In this document: one piece after another, positions 18,027-26,784 of the stretch
Layout of the letters: the number at the start of each line of letters is the position of its first letter
How positions within the stretch are numbered: the stretch's first letter is position 1
Notes under the pieces: generated by a model
Told to the model about the DNA's origin: nothing
Database searches by the model: none
What the model saw: the letters and a program-made list of their open reading frames with translations, nothing else
Source: a virus
Virus genome (UHGV): UHGV-0095853
Length of the DNA: 35,246 nucleotides
Direction: 5' to 3' (one strand)
Program-made: the position numbers and the translations under genes

Positions 18027-18511
18027 GCGAAATTAATTACCAGTCACTGCGCGAGGTGGCGGAACGTGCAATTCCAGCAATGGAACGCCTGTTAATGTTG
18101 CCAGCTGATGATGATTTGTTAAGTGAACAGGAACTTAAAGATTACGGTGTGGATATTGATGCGCTCAACGCCTTCAAATTTCTGGCCGGACCAGAAACCG
18201 TGCTGGCACTACTGGATGAACGGGAAAGGAACCAGCAATACATCAAATCCCGCGACCAGGAGAACGAGGATATTGCGCTAACGGTAGGGAAGTTGCGCGT
18301 TGAGCTTGAGGCAGAAAAACAGCGGGCAAAGGATCTGTTTATGGAAAATGCTCGGCTTAAGTCAGGTATAGCCGGTCTGATACACCTCGGTATTCGATAT
18401 GCAGATGTTGATGTCATGAAAATTGCTGGAGATGCCCAGCTTTCTACTCCATGCACTGACAGCATCATAAACAGCATTGCAACAGGCATTCGCATCAACG
18501 GAGGTGAGTAG
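18023..18511 (+). CDS. Ea22-like family protein
   Basis: MSEINYQSLREVAE ... LLDERERNQQYIKSRDQENEDIALTVGKLRVELEAEKQ, matching lambda Ea22 as recalled. Confidence 0.7.
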   Translation: MSEINYQSLREVAERAIPAMERLLMLPADDDLLSEQELKDYGVDIDALNAFKFLAGPETVLALLDERERNQQYIKSRDQENEDIALTVGKLRVELEAEKQRAKDLFMENARLKSGIAGLIHLGIRYADVDVMKIAGDAQLSTPCTDSIINSIATGIRINGGE

Positions 18512-18683
18512 TGCGTGTGGCATGTATCGGCTTGTTACCGTACCCGACTCGTTTTTGGGCTTCTGCGCTAATTGCAAAGCCACATGTCCTGATGGCTGAC
18601 AACATCATCCCGGCACCAAAGCGCCGCCATACCGGTATTGCAGCGGCACGACGAGCAGCAAAGAGACGCAGGAGAGCAAAGCG

Positions 18684-18860
18684 ATGAAAAACCGTAAGGC
18701 AAAACGACTTTTTTTACAGCGACCTGTGCGTGTGGTGGAGCTGGTTATTAGCAACCATAAGATAGCGGTACTCCATCCATTTGGTCAGGTGGCTTTTGCC
18801 GCAAAGCGTAAGCCTACTGCGTCACAGAACAGGCGGAAGAAAGGGTACGCAGTAAGATGA
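18684..18860 (+). CDS. Small basic protein (58 aa)
   Basis: Begins MKNRKAK; stop overlaps next ATG (ATGA); GGAGAG upstream. Confidence 0.35.
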   Translation: MKNRKAKRLFLQRPVRVVELVISNHKIAVLHPFGQVAFAAKRKPTASQNRRKKGYAVR

Positions 18861-19045
18861 AAAACCGTAAAGCAAAGATTCTGTTAGTTCGTAGAAACGC
18901 TCCTGGCGTCTGGCAGTGGGTGAGACTCAGCAACCGACGGATGGGGTTGATGAAATATTACGGGATGATGGATTGTGGTTTTTGCAAAAAGCCCAGCGCG
19001 GCGCAAAACCGCTGGAAAAACCATTTGCGCACTAAAGGAGAGTGA
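18857..19045 (+). CDS. Small basic protein (62 aa), partial paralogue of 18684..18860
   Basis: Begins MKNRKAK; first 20 nt nearly identical to the preceding ORF. Confidence 0.4.
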   Translation: MKNRKAKILLVRRNAPGVWQWVRLSNRRMGLMKYYGMMDCGFCKKPSAAQNRWKNHLRTKGE

Positions 19046-19046
19046 T

Positions 19047-19256
19047 ATGGCTATTGCCGCAAGTTACACCATGCATCTCTATTGTGACTGCCGCCAGTGT
19101 ACGGAAGGTGTATATCCAGTGCCAGACTTCGGTGAATATATCGGTACGTCATGGGCTGGCTGTGCAAAAGAGGCACGTAAGGATGGCTGGCGAATAAGCA
19201 AAGACAAAACACGTGCTTTTGCGCCCGGGCATAAAGTTTTGAGGATTAACAAATGA
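19047..19256 (+). CDS. Small Cys-rich protein (69 aa)
   Basis: ATG preceded by AAAGGAG; CDCRQC motif. Confidence 0.45.
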   Translation: MAIAASYTMHLYCDCRQCTEGVYPVPDFGEYIGTSWAGCAKEARKDGWRISKDKTRAFAPGHKVLRINK

Positions 19257-19924
19257 CCACTTTAACCGACAAAGAACTGATTAAAGAAATCAAAGAGCGT
19301 ATCAGCAGCCTGGACGTTCGAGACAATATTGAACGCCGGGCTTATGAAATTGCACTGGCATCGCTGGAAGCAGATCCAGTTGCTTATATTTTCAAACATC
19401 CGGCCGGGAAATTATTCTGGGCTTTAACGGATGAAAGCAATAAAGAGCAACCGGACGTTATTCCTGTTTATGCTGCCGCGCCTGCGTCGGTTGTGCCGGA
19501 TAATGCATCAGAGCCTCTTGCTTATGCTTACAAAGAGCTTACGCCTGAGATTATGCGCAACCAGGCTGCCGAATCCAATCGCGGTAATGAGTGGACCGGC
19601 AATCCTGATATTGATAACGCCATCATCATGCTCGACCGCATAGATACGCTGGAAAATTGCGATGATGACCGTATTGAGGCTGTTAAGGCTGTTTTGCGTA
19701 GACTGGCTGGCAACTCTCCGGTAACTCCGGCTGGTTGGATAAGCTGTAGTGAGCGGACGCCGAACGACGCGCAGTGGTGCGTAGTGAACACAAAATACGG
19801 GTATTACGTGCAATGCTGGTCTGAAGGTCAAGGGTGGCTTGGTGATGATATCAGCATCCCTGAATGCGATGTAATCAATTGGATGCCGCTACCGGAACCG
19901 CCGCAGGAGGTTAACCGTGGATAA
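19253..19924 (+). CDS. DUF551 domain protein
   Basis: C-terminal Trp-rich module ending INWMPLPEPP, typical of lambdoid DUF551 proteins. Confidence 0.6.
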   Translation: MTTLTDKELIKEIKERISSLDVRDNIERRAYEIALASLEADPVAYIFKHPAGKLFWALTDESNKEQPDVIPVYAAAPASVVPDNASEPLAYAYKELTPEIMRNQAAESNRGNEWTGNPDIDNAIIMLDRIDTLENCDDDRIEAVKAVLRRLAGNSPVTPAGWISCSERTPNDAQWCVVNTKYGYYVQCWSEGQGWLGDDISIPECDVINWMPLPEPPQEVNRG

Positions 19925-20198
19925 CCTGCAACTAGCCGTTAAAGGTGAATACTTCGATGCCATAATTCGTGGAGAGAAAACGGAAGAGTATCGCCTGTGT
20001 AATGACTACTGGAATAAGCGAATTATGTTCCGGGAGTATGACCGCCTGATTATCACAAAGGGATATCCGAAGCGCGACGATTCCAGCCGCAGAATTGACG
20101 TTCCGTATGAAGGATATGAAATCAAGACAATCACACATCCCCAATTCGGCGATAAACCGGTAAAGGTGTACGCGATAAAGGTGAATATCAATGGCTAA
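19917..20198 (+). CDS. ASCH/DUF3850-like small protein (tentative)
   Basis: EYFDAIIRGEKTEEYR...REYD pattern; GTG start with GCAGGAGG 8 nt upstream. Confidence 0.4.
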   Translation: MDNLQLAVKGEYFDAIIRGEKTEEYRLCNDYWNKRIMFREYDRLIITKGYPKRDDSSRRIDVPYEGYEIKTITHPQFGDKPVKVYAIKVNING

Positions 20199-20631
20199 AT
20201 TTCAAAGAGCTATTATTTTTCTGGCTATGTTATCAGCCAGTCATTTATCCCACGCGTCAGTTATTGCCGCTGGAGCGGCGGCAACAGCGACGGCAACAGC
20301 GGCGGCAACAGCAGCGACCACGGCGGCAGTAAATGCTTCTATCGCCAGCGAGCAAGCGCGGCGTGCTGCAACCAATGCTTCCGCAAACACCACCACGGTA
20401 TCAGTAACACAATCAAAACCGAATATAGGCTTTGTTACTTGCGGAAAGAGGAATAGCGAAATGGTTGGTTCTCTTGGTTGTGTAATGTGGCAAGAGGACG
20501 ATAGGCCTGAAATCCCGTGGAACTCATGGCCTGGTTACATTCTTGGTAAGAAGATACCCACCAGCTATGAAGTAAATGCTATTTCATTCGACCAATATAA
20601 CGGTGTTGCAACGGTGTATTTTCTGTATTAA
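20191..20631 (+). CDS. Exported protein with Ala/Thr-rich linker
   Basis: Signal peptide (IIFLAMLSASHLSHA) then AAATATATAAATAATTAA low-complexity tract. Confidence 0.55.
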   Translation: MAKFQRAIIFLAMLSASHLSHASVIAAGAAATATATAAATAATTAAVNASIASEQARRAATNASANTTTVSVTQSKPNIGFVTCGKRNSEMVGSLGCVMWQEDDRPEIPWNSWPGYILGKKIPTSYEVNAISFDQYNGVATVYFLY

Positions 20632-20643
20632 CACGGAGTAATT

Positions 20644-20937
20644 ATGTGGCGTGGTAATAATCATGGCAAAAGCCAGATGATACTTACCGAATATAAGCTA
20701 GACCACAAAACCAATAAATCACGCTCAGTATATTTGCTCCGGCACAATAGCCGCGTAAGAAATACCGTGCTGGAACAAAATCTGACAGTTGAAATGGATA
20801 ATTACGGGGGATTCAAGCCAGCAATTTCGCTTGATGATTTTCCTCGTGGTTTAAGCGAAAGAGAAGCCATGCTGAAATTAGCAGAATGGCTTCAGAGGTT
20901 AAGTATTGCTATTGAAGATAACTGGAGTCAACCATAA
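20644..20937 (+). CDS. Hypothetical protein (97 aa)
   Basis: ATG preceded by GGAG. Confidence 0.5.
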   Translation: MWRGNNHGKSQMILTEYKLDHKTNKSRSVYLLRHNSRVRNTVLEQNLTVEMDNYGGFKPAISLDDFPRGLSEREAMLKLAEWLQRLSIAIEDNWSQP

Positions 20938-21113
20938 TGAAAAACAGAAAGAAATTTTGGATTACTTTTTTGTTTGTATGCCTTTGCGGTTTATTTATTT
21001 TATTAGCTGGTGGTGTTAAATGGGGTACGGTGGAGTGTGGTTTTTGGAGCGGGGTTACTCTTTTCGCAGCCTGGCTTATCGCCAACTTTGAGTCAGGCGG
21101 AGGATATTGGTAA
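20937..21113 (+). CDS. Possible small membrane protein (58 aa)
   Basis: ATG overlapping upstream stop (TAATG); two hydrophobic segments; begins MKNRKK. Confidence 0.35.
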   Translation: MKNRKKFWITFLFVCLCGLFILLAGGVKWGTVECGFWSGVTLFAAWLIANFESGGGYW

Positions 21114-21192
21114 GTGGTCTTATTCCCCACTTCATAACGGATATCACGCTCGTGATAACGGATATTCCAATTTTGATAACGGATAAGGCCAA

Positions 21193-21402
21193 ATGAAGCA
21201 TTTTTTAAGGTTGGCATTTGTTCTGGCGCTATTTGCTCCTCCGGCTGCAATGGCTGGAGAACAGCAACATTGCACAAAAGAGAATGAACACCCTTTCATC
21301 GTTATTCAATGCGATGACGGAACGGTGACTGTGGTTAATGTAAGAAATGACCGTGTAGCTGTTTGCCGTAAAGGCGAACCATGCAAGGAAATAAAACTAT
21401 GA
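21193..21402 (+). CDS. Small exported Cys-containing protein (69 aa)
   Basis: Signal peptide LAFVLALFAPPAAMA; four Cys in mature part. Confidence 0.5.
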   Translation: MKHFLRLAFVLALFAPPAAMAGEQQHCTKENEHPFIVIQCDDGTVTVVNVRNDRVAVCRKGEPCKEIKL

Positions 21403-22157
21403 CAAGAATCACTAAAGAGCGTATTTCAGATATTATTTCCCGTATCGAAATGTATGGTCACGGTGCTGGATATACGGCAGATGAAGTATTGGCACTTGCC
21501 CAAATGGCTTTGGCGGCTTGCAAAGATGATAAAAAAATGAAGCTTATCGACTTGTTAGTGAAAGAGCTGCCTAAGTGCGGCGGGTGGCCTGATGGTATGA
21601 TCGATTGTCGCCTGCTCAGTGCCAATTTAATGGCGCCATGCGCGACTTTTGCTTTTGGCTCAGACCACAAAAAAGACACGTTCTTTGGGCGCAATTTTTG
21701 TTGTGAGATTGAGCTTCCAATTGGTGACCTTGATAGCGATGAATACCTGTCAGTTGTCACTCGCGAACAATACGAATCAGCTCTCATAGCGTCGCAGAAA
21801 GTCGAGTTCAATGGTGATGAACTTGAAAGTAAGACTTACAGGTTGGATTTTGGGCAATGGCTGGAACAGCAACGCGGGAAAATCGATGTGGACTGTGGTT
21901 GTGTGTCCACTGAAACATTCATGCACTGGCTGCGGGTAGCTTACGAGGCTGGCAACCATCCGGATTTTCCGGATAGTTCCCAACAATCGCCCAAGAAAAG
22001 CGTAAAAACCACTCTGGAAAGAGGCTATCTTGAGGCCGCATTAAAGATTAAGCCGGGCCATACGCTAGGCGTCATTGATGCCATGTTGGTTCATGAAATG
22101 GCGAAGGCTTTATTGCCGCTGGTGGCTGATAAAATTCCGAATAAAGCCGATATCTGA
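21399..22157 (+). CDS. Hypothetical protein (about 252 aa)
   Basis: ATG 21399 overlaps upstream stop; Cys-rich. Confidence 0.55.
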   Translation: MTRITKERISDIISRIEMYGHGAGYTADEVLALAQMALAACKDDKKMKLIDLLVKELPKCGGWPDGMIDCRLLSANLMAPCATFAFGSDHKKDTFFGRNFCCEIELPIGDLDSDEYLSVVTREQYESALIASQKVEFNGDELESKTYRLDFGQWLEQQRGKIDVDCGCVSTETFMHWLRVAYEAGNHPDFPDSSQQSPKKSVKTTLERGYLEAALKIKPGHTLGVIDAMLVHEMAKALLPLVADKIPNKADI

Positions 22158-22170
22158 TCACCATGCTAAA

Positions 22171-22199
22171 ATCCCCTCAATTCACAGAGGGGATTTTTG
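22171..22199 (+). terminator. Intrinsic terminator after gene 21399..22157
   Basis: Hairpin atcccctc-aattcaca-gaggggat followed by TTTTT. Confidence 0.55.
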
Positions 22200-22202
22200 T
22201 AT

Positions 22203-22469
22203 ATGTTGCATAGAGTTTTATGGAAAAGCGTTATTGTCGGCGCGATACTGGCTATATCTGGGTGTGCAATGGTGCAATACAACGACGGTGAAAAGGTAAG
22301 CATACAGTCAGATGGTTGGTATGGCCTGGATAGCCTGCAAAAAACCGCAGATAAAGCCTGTCAGCAATATGGGAAGTCTAAAGCAGTATATCAGCATAGC
22401 GCGAACGCTAACCCTCATCTAGCGCCCGGTTCTGGTGTTCAGAATACCATCTGGAAATGTGAGCCTTAA
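22203..22469 (+). CDS. Putative lipoprotein
   Basis: Signal peptide ending in lipobox-like ISGC; ATG at 22203. Confidence 0.5.
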   Translation: MLHRVLWKSVIVGAILAISGCAMVQYNDGEKVSIQSDGWYGLDSLQKTADKACQQYGKSKAVYQHSANANPHLAPGSGVQNTIWKCEP

Positions 22470-22471
22470 AT

Positions 22472-22723
22472 ATGAGCGACTGGAATATTGCAGCTAAAAG
22501 TCAGGAAGAACGGGATAAGGTTAACGTTGATCTGGCTGCCAGCGGTGTGGCGTACAAAGAGCGATTGAACATACCTGTCATAGCTGAACAGGTAGCCCGC
22601 GAGCAACCAGAGAATCTGCGCACCTATTTCATGGAACGGCTACGGCACTACCGGCAGTTAAGCCTCCAGTTGCCAAAAGGGAGCGATCCGGTGTATCAGA
22701 ACGAGGATGCACCAAAAAAATAA
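22472..22723 (+). CDS. Hypothetical protein (83 aa)
   Basis: ATG 2 nt after upstream stop. Confidence 0.5.
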   Translation: MSDWNIAAKSQEERDKVNVDLAASGVAYKERLNIPVIAEQVAREQPENLRTYFMERLRHYRQLSLQLPKGSDPVYQNEDAPKK

Positions 22724-22808
22724 CGGCAAGATGGGGGAGAAATGTGATTAGCCCCCAGCGTGGCGCGCCTACAAACCCCGCTTTCACAAACTATGCCTTT
22801 TCAATGTA

Positions 22809-22828
22809 TACTGTATGAATAAACAGTA
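22809..22828 (+). promoter_or_regulatory. LexA (SOS) box upstream of the UmuD'-like gene
   Basis: TACTGTATGAATAAACAGTA: CTGT-N8-ACAG with AT-rich centre, 19 nt upstream of the ATG. Confidence 0.7.
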
Positions 22829-22846
22829 TCATTGAGGTAAAACGCT

Positions 22847-23236
22847 ATGGGCTTCCCTTCTCCTGCGGCGGATTATGCAGAGAGCCGCATTTCTCTTGAT
22901 CAGCAACTAATCAGACATCCTTCCGCGACCTACTTCATGCGGGCGGCAGACAGCCATCACCGTGAGGGAATATTGCAAGGTGCTTTGCTGGTGGTTGATT
23001 CCTCACTTACTCCGGTTGATGGTTCACTGCTTATATGCGCCATGGAGGGTGAATATCGCATAAAGAGATACAGGAAGTATCCGCGCCAGCACCTGGAGGA
23101 TTTAAGCACCGGGAAGAAAGAGGCGTTACCAGTGGATGACGATGGATGCACGGGCAGTAATGCTGTGTTTGGTGTGATCACTCATGTCATTAATGATGCC
23201 CGAAGTGGGGAGTTTGATTATAGACCTGTGATTTAA
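22847..23236 (+). CDS. humD: UmuD'-like protein (P1 HumD-type, begins at the position of the UmuD autocleavage site)
   Basis: MGFPSPAADYAESRISLDQQLIRHPSATYF matches UmuD residues 25 onward; Ser and Lys of the S24 dyad retained; lacks the N-terminal 24 residues. Confidence 0.8.
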   Translation: MGFPSPAADYAESRISLDQQLIRHPSATYFMRAADSHHREGILQGALLVVDSSLTPVDGSLLICAMEGEYRIKRYRKYPRQHLEDLSTGKKEALPVDDDGCTGSNAVFGVITHVINDARSGEFDYRPVI

Positions 23237-23249
23237 GGCGCATAAAGAA

Positions 23250-23277
23250 GCCCGCCAGACCTGGCGGGCTTTTTGTT
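23250..23277. terminator. Bidirectional intrinsic terminator between convergent humD and the terminase-paralogue operon
   Basis: Stem gcccgccag / ctggcgggc followed by TTTTTGTT. Confidence 0.65.
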
Positions 23278-23281
23278 GATA

Positions 23282-24376
23282 TCATTCAATGATTTTTTCG
23301 GCTGTCAGCCAGCTAATTTCGTGCCTGTCTTTCGGCGGTTTTAGCATGTGAGCATATTCAGCGACATGCTCCCACGGAATTGTTTTTGCCCACTCAACGA
23401 TAGCATTGTGATCTGCAGTGAAGAGTGGAATAGTGTGCGATTTCAACCATTCTAATGTCGTGACGCCATGTTTTTTGGCGTGGTGCTGCGCATGATGCCG
23501 GGCTATCACTCGTAATGGCATTGTCCATTCACTACCATCAGGCATCGAAAAGCGCATTGTCTTCGGCATATCTGATTCAAGAACAGCCTCCCTAATACCA
23601 GGGAACTCACCAAGAATCATACGACGATAGTCATCACTATTTCGCCCGCCATACCTTTCGGCAAAATGATCAAGATATTCTTGGGTAATAAATGGTGAAT
23701 CCTCCGCACTCAGCTTAATGGCTTTATATACACCACTCGGATTATCTTCAGCTAAAGCACGTCCATGATGTGAATCATAAAAAAAGCCTATTTCCTCTGG
23801 TGACGGAATTGAAGTGAGCAATATGCGTGAATCACCACTAGTCATGCTTGCCCACACAATGCTGTATGCCCGATCGCTGATATGTGCGGAATCCACAATA
23901 ATGAATAAAAGATGGTCGGCGTAGTGACCTGCAATGCTATCTTCATAGTTAAGGCGGTAGTTACAAAAGCACATTCCCCAAAATTCATTGAACATCAGAC
24001 CGCTATCACCGACCTTAAAATACTCAATGATAAAAGGTTGTTTTTTCAGCAATGCCTCCCAACATTGCCACACATATGCAACAATTCCTCTTTTGCAAAC
24101 ATTTGATTTTGGATAAACAATTACTGTCCGGGAATCAGGATACATAATCGTATAAAGGGTACTAATAACAGCAAGCACTTGCGGTCGTCCGATCCCATAC
24201 GGAGTGGTGACAGTAGCTTTTGCATTATTGGGCTGTATAGCTTCAACAATTTGTTGTTGCTGGTGGCTTAAATCAATATCAAACAATTCTTTTGCTGCCA
24301 GTACCCAATTGTCTTTATATTTCTCCACCAGCGACAGCCAGCGCGGATCTTTATAAATATTGCTCTTAGTCGCCAT
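23282..24376 (-). CDS. Terminase large-subunit (PacB) paralogue with degenerate Walker A and B motifs, lacking the C-terminal nuclease region
   Basis: Collinear with the N-terminal two-thirds of PacB at 29676..31184 (DPRW, SHQQQ, FYDSHH, DNP.G, SPF.T, YGGR); Walker A TSGHGTGKSS replaced by TTPYGIGRPQ; Walker B LILDEA replaced by IIVDSA; ATG 24376. Confidence 0.65.
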   Translation of the reverse strand: MATKSNIYKDPRWLSLVEKYKDNWVLAAKELFDIDLSHQQQQIVEAIQPNNAKATVTTPYGIGRPQVLAVISTLYTIMYPDSRTVIVYPKSNVCKRGIVAYVWQCWEALLKKQPFIIEYFKVGDSGLMFNEFWGMCFCNYRLNYEDSIAGHYADHLLFIIVDSAHISDRAYSIVWASMTSGDSRILLTSIPSPEEIGFFYDSHHGRALAEDNPSGVYKAIKLSAEDSPFITQEYLDHFAERYGGRNSDDYRRMILGEFPGIREAVLESDMPKTMRFSMPDGSEWTMPLRVIARHHAQHHAKKHGVTTLEWLKSHTIPLFTADHNAIVEWAKTIPWEHVAEYAHMLKPPKDRHEISWLTAEKIIE

Positions 24377-25133
24377 CTGCCACTTCCTTAACTTCTTCTT
24401 TGGCCTGTTCTGCAATCGCCGCACGGCATTTCGCCCTGGCTGTAGCGATTGCTTCAGCTCGCACATCGTCTGGAATCGTTGACGTGATATACATATCCAG
24501 TTCTTCGGCACGGAATACTGTTTGGTCCAGATATTCGCGTAGCATCCAGGTAAATTCGAAATCACACGCGATAATCTCTGCGCTACCTTCTGCACCATTT
24601 GGGAAATGAATAAATGCCTGTTTAGCCAAACCGATAACACGACATGCGGTTGCCAAAACAGCGACAACCAGGTTTACATTTTCACACGCTACGGGCTGAT
24701 TAACGCCGGAGATTACTCCATTTAACTGTCGGTTATATGGAAGGTAGTTTGAGATGCGTTCTACGCGCCATGTGCCAGTCAGGCTGCCATTTTTAAAGAT
24801 AATTGGTGTAACGGATAGCCCAAGCTCGCGTATAAGTCGTTGCGCTATAGCAGGATCATTAAACAGGTCTAATGCTACACATTCGAAAGACTGCGCAAGG
24901 GCAAACAGTTCTTCCAGAGAGTAGTCTTTGCCCCTGGCGGTGATGTAACGACGAACGCCGCTGTCTGCATCACTCCATATAGCTACGCCATGCTCTTCAT
25001 TCAGCTCTTCATTAAAGCCGAGATACGTCATGATAGTGCGTTCAATCGTGTCAAACGGCAGTGACATGTCGGCGTTAACAGCCACCAGCAGGCCATTACG
25101 CAAGCGGTATTGAATTGTTTTAGTGCTTTCCAT
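24366..25133 (-). CDS. Hypothetical protein (255 aa)
   Basis: ATG with GGAG upstream; overlaps downstream gene by 11 nt. Confidence 0.55.
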   Translation of the reverse strand: MESTKTIQYRLRNGLLVAVNADMSLPFDTIERTIMTYLGFNEELNEEHGVAIWSDADSGVRRYITARGKDYSLEELFALAQSFECVALDLFNDPAIAQRLIRELGLSVTPIIFKNGSLTGTWRVERISNYLPYNRQLNGVISGVNQPVACENVNLVVAVLATACRVIGLAKQAFIHFPNGAEGSAEIIACDFEFTWMLREYLDQTVFRAEELDMYITSTIPDDVRAEAIATARAKCRAAIAEQAKEEVKEVADGD

Positions 25134-25139
25134 GTCAAA

Positions 25140-25802
25140 TCACTCCACAACAAACCAGTCACAGGCCAGCAGGTCGCCAACTGAAGGCACCCACGGAACA
25201 ACTACACCTTGTGCATTTTTTAAGGCGAAATAAGCACCATACGGAACGAGGTCGCCGGGGAAATATCCCTTAATGGCTTCCATTCGTGCCGGGTACTGTC
25301 CTTCAGGAACCAGCCAGCAGAATTGGTTTTCGCCGTTCCACCCGCGTCGGGCAACTTTCTTGCCATCCTTCAGCCACATCAGCGCGTCAGAAAAGTCGGC
25401 TGCTTCAAGGTCGATTTCTTCTTGTAGAGTAGCGATACCGCCAGCAGAAATAGTTACGTCCCTGGCTGTAATGAATGTCACCCCATTGTGACCTTCAATG
25501 CTGAGCGATACCCCATTTTCGGAGGCGTCGTTAACCCGGCTATAGCATTTTTCAAATGCTTTCTCTGGCACATAGACCAGATAACCATTTTCAGCAGTGA
25601 CGAGATATCCTCCTATTTGCGGTCGGAACTTTTCCAAGAACACACCATCAACACGAAGCGTCATTCCTTTTGGCTCCACGACTTCGATGCTGCCAAAAAT
25701 GGGCGCATAAGCTTTGCCGACAATAACAATATCTTTGATTTTCGATGCCCGAATGATGCTGTGGCATTTGTATTTGGGGAACACCTGAAAAGTGCTGGCC
25801 AT
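25140..25802 (-). CDS. Protein with C-terminal DUF2829-like (Tad2-like) domain and an unknown N-terminal domain
   Basis: C-terminus ALMWLKDGKKVARRGWNG ... VVPWVPSVGDLLACDW matches the DUF2829 pattern; GAGGAAGG before ATG. Confidence 0.55.
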   Translation of the reverse strand: MASTFQVFPKYKCHSIIRASKIKDIVIVGKAYAPIFGSIEVVEPKGMTLRVDGVFLEKFRPQIGGYLVTAENGYLVYVPEKAFEKCYSRVNDASENGVSLSIEGHNGVTFITARDVTISAGGIATLQEEIDLEAADFSDALMWLKDGKKVARRGWNGENQFCWLVPEGQYPARMEAIKGYFPGDLVPYGAYFALKNAQGVVVPWVPSVGDLLACDWFVVE

Positions 25803-25816
25803 AATCCTTCCTCTAC

Positions 25817-26311
25817 TTAAAACTTTGCGTACTGAAGCGGTGTACGCTTGATTTCAACGCGGCCTTCCGATGTGCTACCAAAGCCACCAGCACCACGCTC
25901 CGTTTCGTTGAGTTCCTCAACCTCGACTAGTGAGACTTGTTCAACACGCTCAAAAATTCCTTGCATGACAGCCATTCCAGGCTTGAGACAAACGCCTTCC
26001 CCGCCGGGATCAGTAATCAGTTTTGCCATGATTTCGCCGCGATAATCGGAGTCGATAATTCCTACGCAGTTAGCCAGGCGAGTATGTTTTTTGCAGCCCA
26101 ATCCTGATCGCGGATAGAGTTTCAGACACCAGCCTGGCGGGATCTCCATAGCCAGTCCGGTATACACCCACCAGCTTGAGGAAATTGCACCATTGCTATC
26201 GACGCATGGTTTTATTTCAACAGCCTCAAAATCCATCGCCGCCGATCCGGAGGTGGCATAAGCTGGAAGTTTTGCTGCCGGATGTAGGCGTTTCACTTTT
26301 ACGTAAATCAT
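25817..26311 (-). CDS. dut: dUTP diphosphatase (dUTPase)
   Basis: AYATSGSAAMD, PRSGLG, GIIDSDYRGEI, ERGAGGFGSTS motifs. Confidence 0.85.
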   Translation of the reverse strand: MIYVKVKRLHPAAKLPAYATSGSAAMDFEAVEIKPCVDSNGAISSSWWVYTGLAMEIPPGWCLKLYPRSGLGCKKHTRLANCVGIIDSDYRGEIMAKLITDPGGEGVCLKPGMAVMQGIFERVEQVSLVEVEELNETERGAGGFGSTSEGRVEIKRTPLQYAKF

Positions 26312-26784
26312 TGTTTTTTAGCTCTCTGCGTGAAGGTGTAAACCCGACGTTTGATATGTGGAACGGTAGGAACAGGAAGACAGGAACTTTCAATAACTCC
26401 TTGCTCCTCCAGCGATCGCACCGCCCGCAAGAACTGCGACGTGTCGCCGCCAAACTGGCGGGCATAGGTGCTGCCGTTATGAAGTATTTGAGCTATTACC
26501 CGAGCTTTTGTCTGGCTGTCACGATATGCGAATAGCCGCACGGCCTCTTCTGGCGCAATCGCTAACTGATAGCCTTTCCCGGCACGGTGTCGAATGAATC
26601 CATGCGCCAGTAGGTTTTTGAGTTCGTTACGAGTGCGAACAGATCCGTAATCCAGGAAGTGTGGATTGATAACGACTGGCTTAAACCATTCCGTAGGTGC
26701 TTTAGCTAATAGAGCTAACAGCTTCCCGGATAATTCTGGATAGGAAGACGGGTAACAATTCAGAGATGGGTAATAAGTTTTCAC
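26308..26784 (-). CDS. Hypothetical protein, possible winged-helix DNA-binding protein
   Basis: GTG start overlapping upstream stop; two wHTH-like segments. Confidence 0.45.
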   Translation of the reverse strand: MKTYYPSLNCYPSSYPELSGKLLALLAKAPTEWFKPVVINPHFLDYGSVRTRNELKNLLAHGFIRHRAGKGYQLAIAPEEAVRLFAYRDSQTKARVIAQILHNGSTYARQFGGDTSQFLRAVRSLEEQGVIESSCLPVPTVPHIKRRVYTFTQRAKKQ

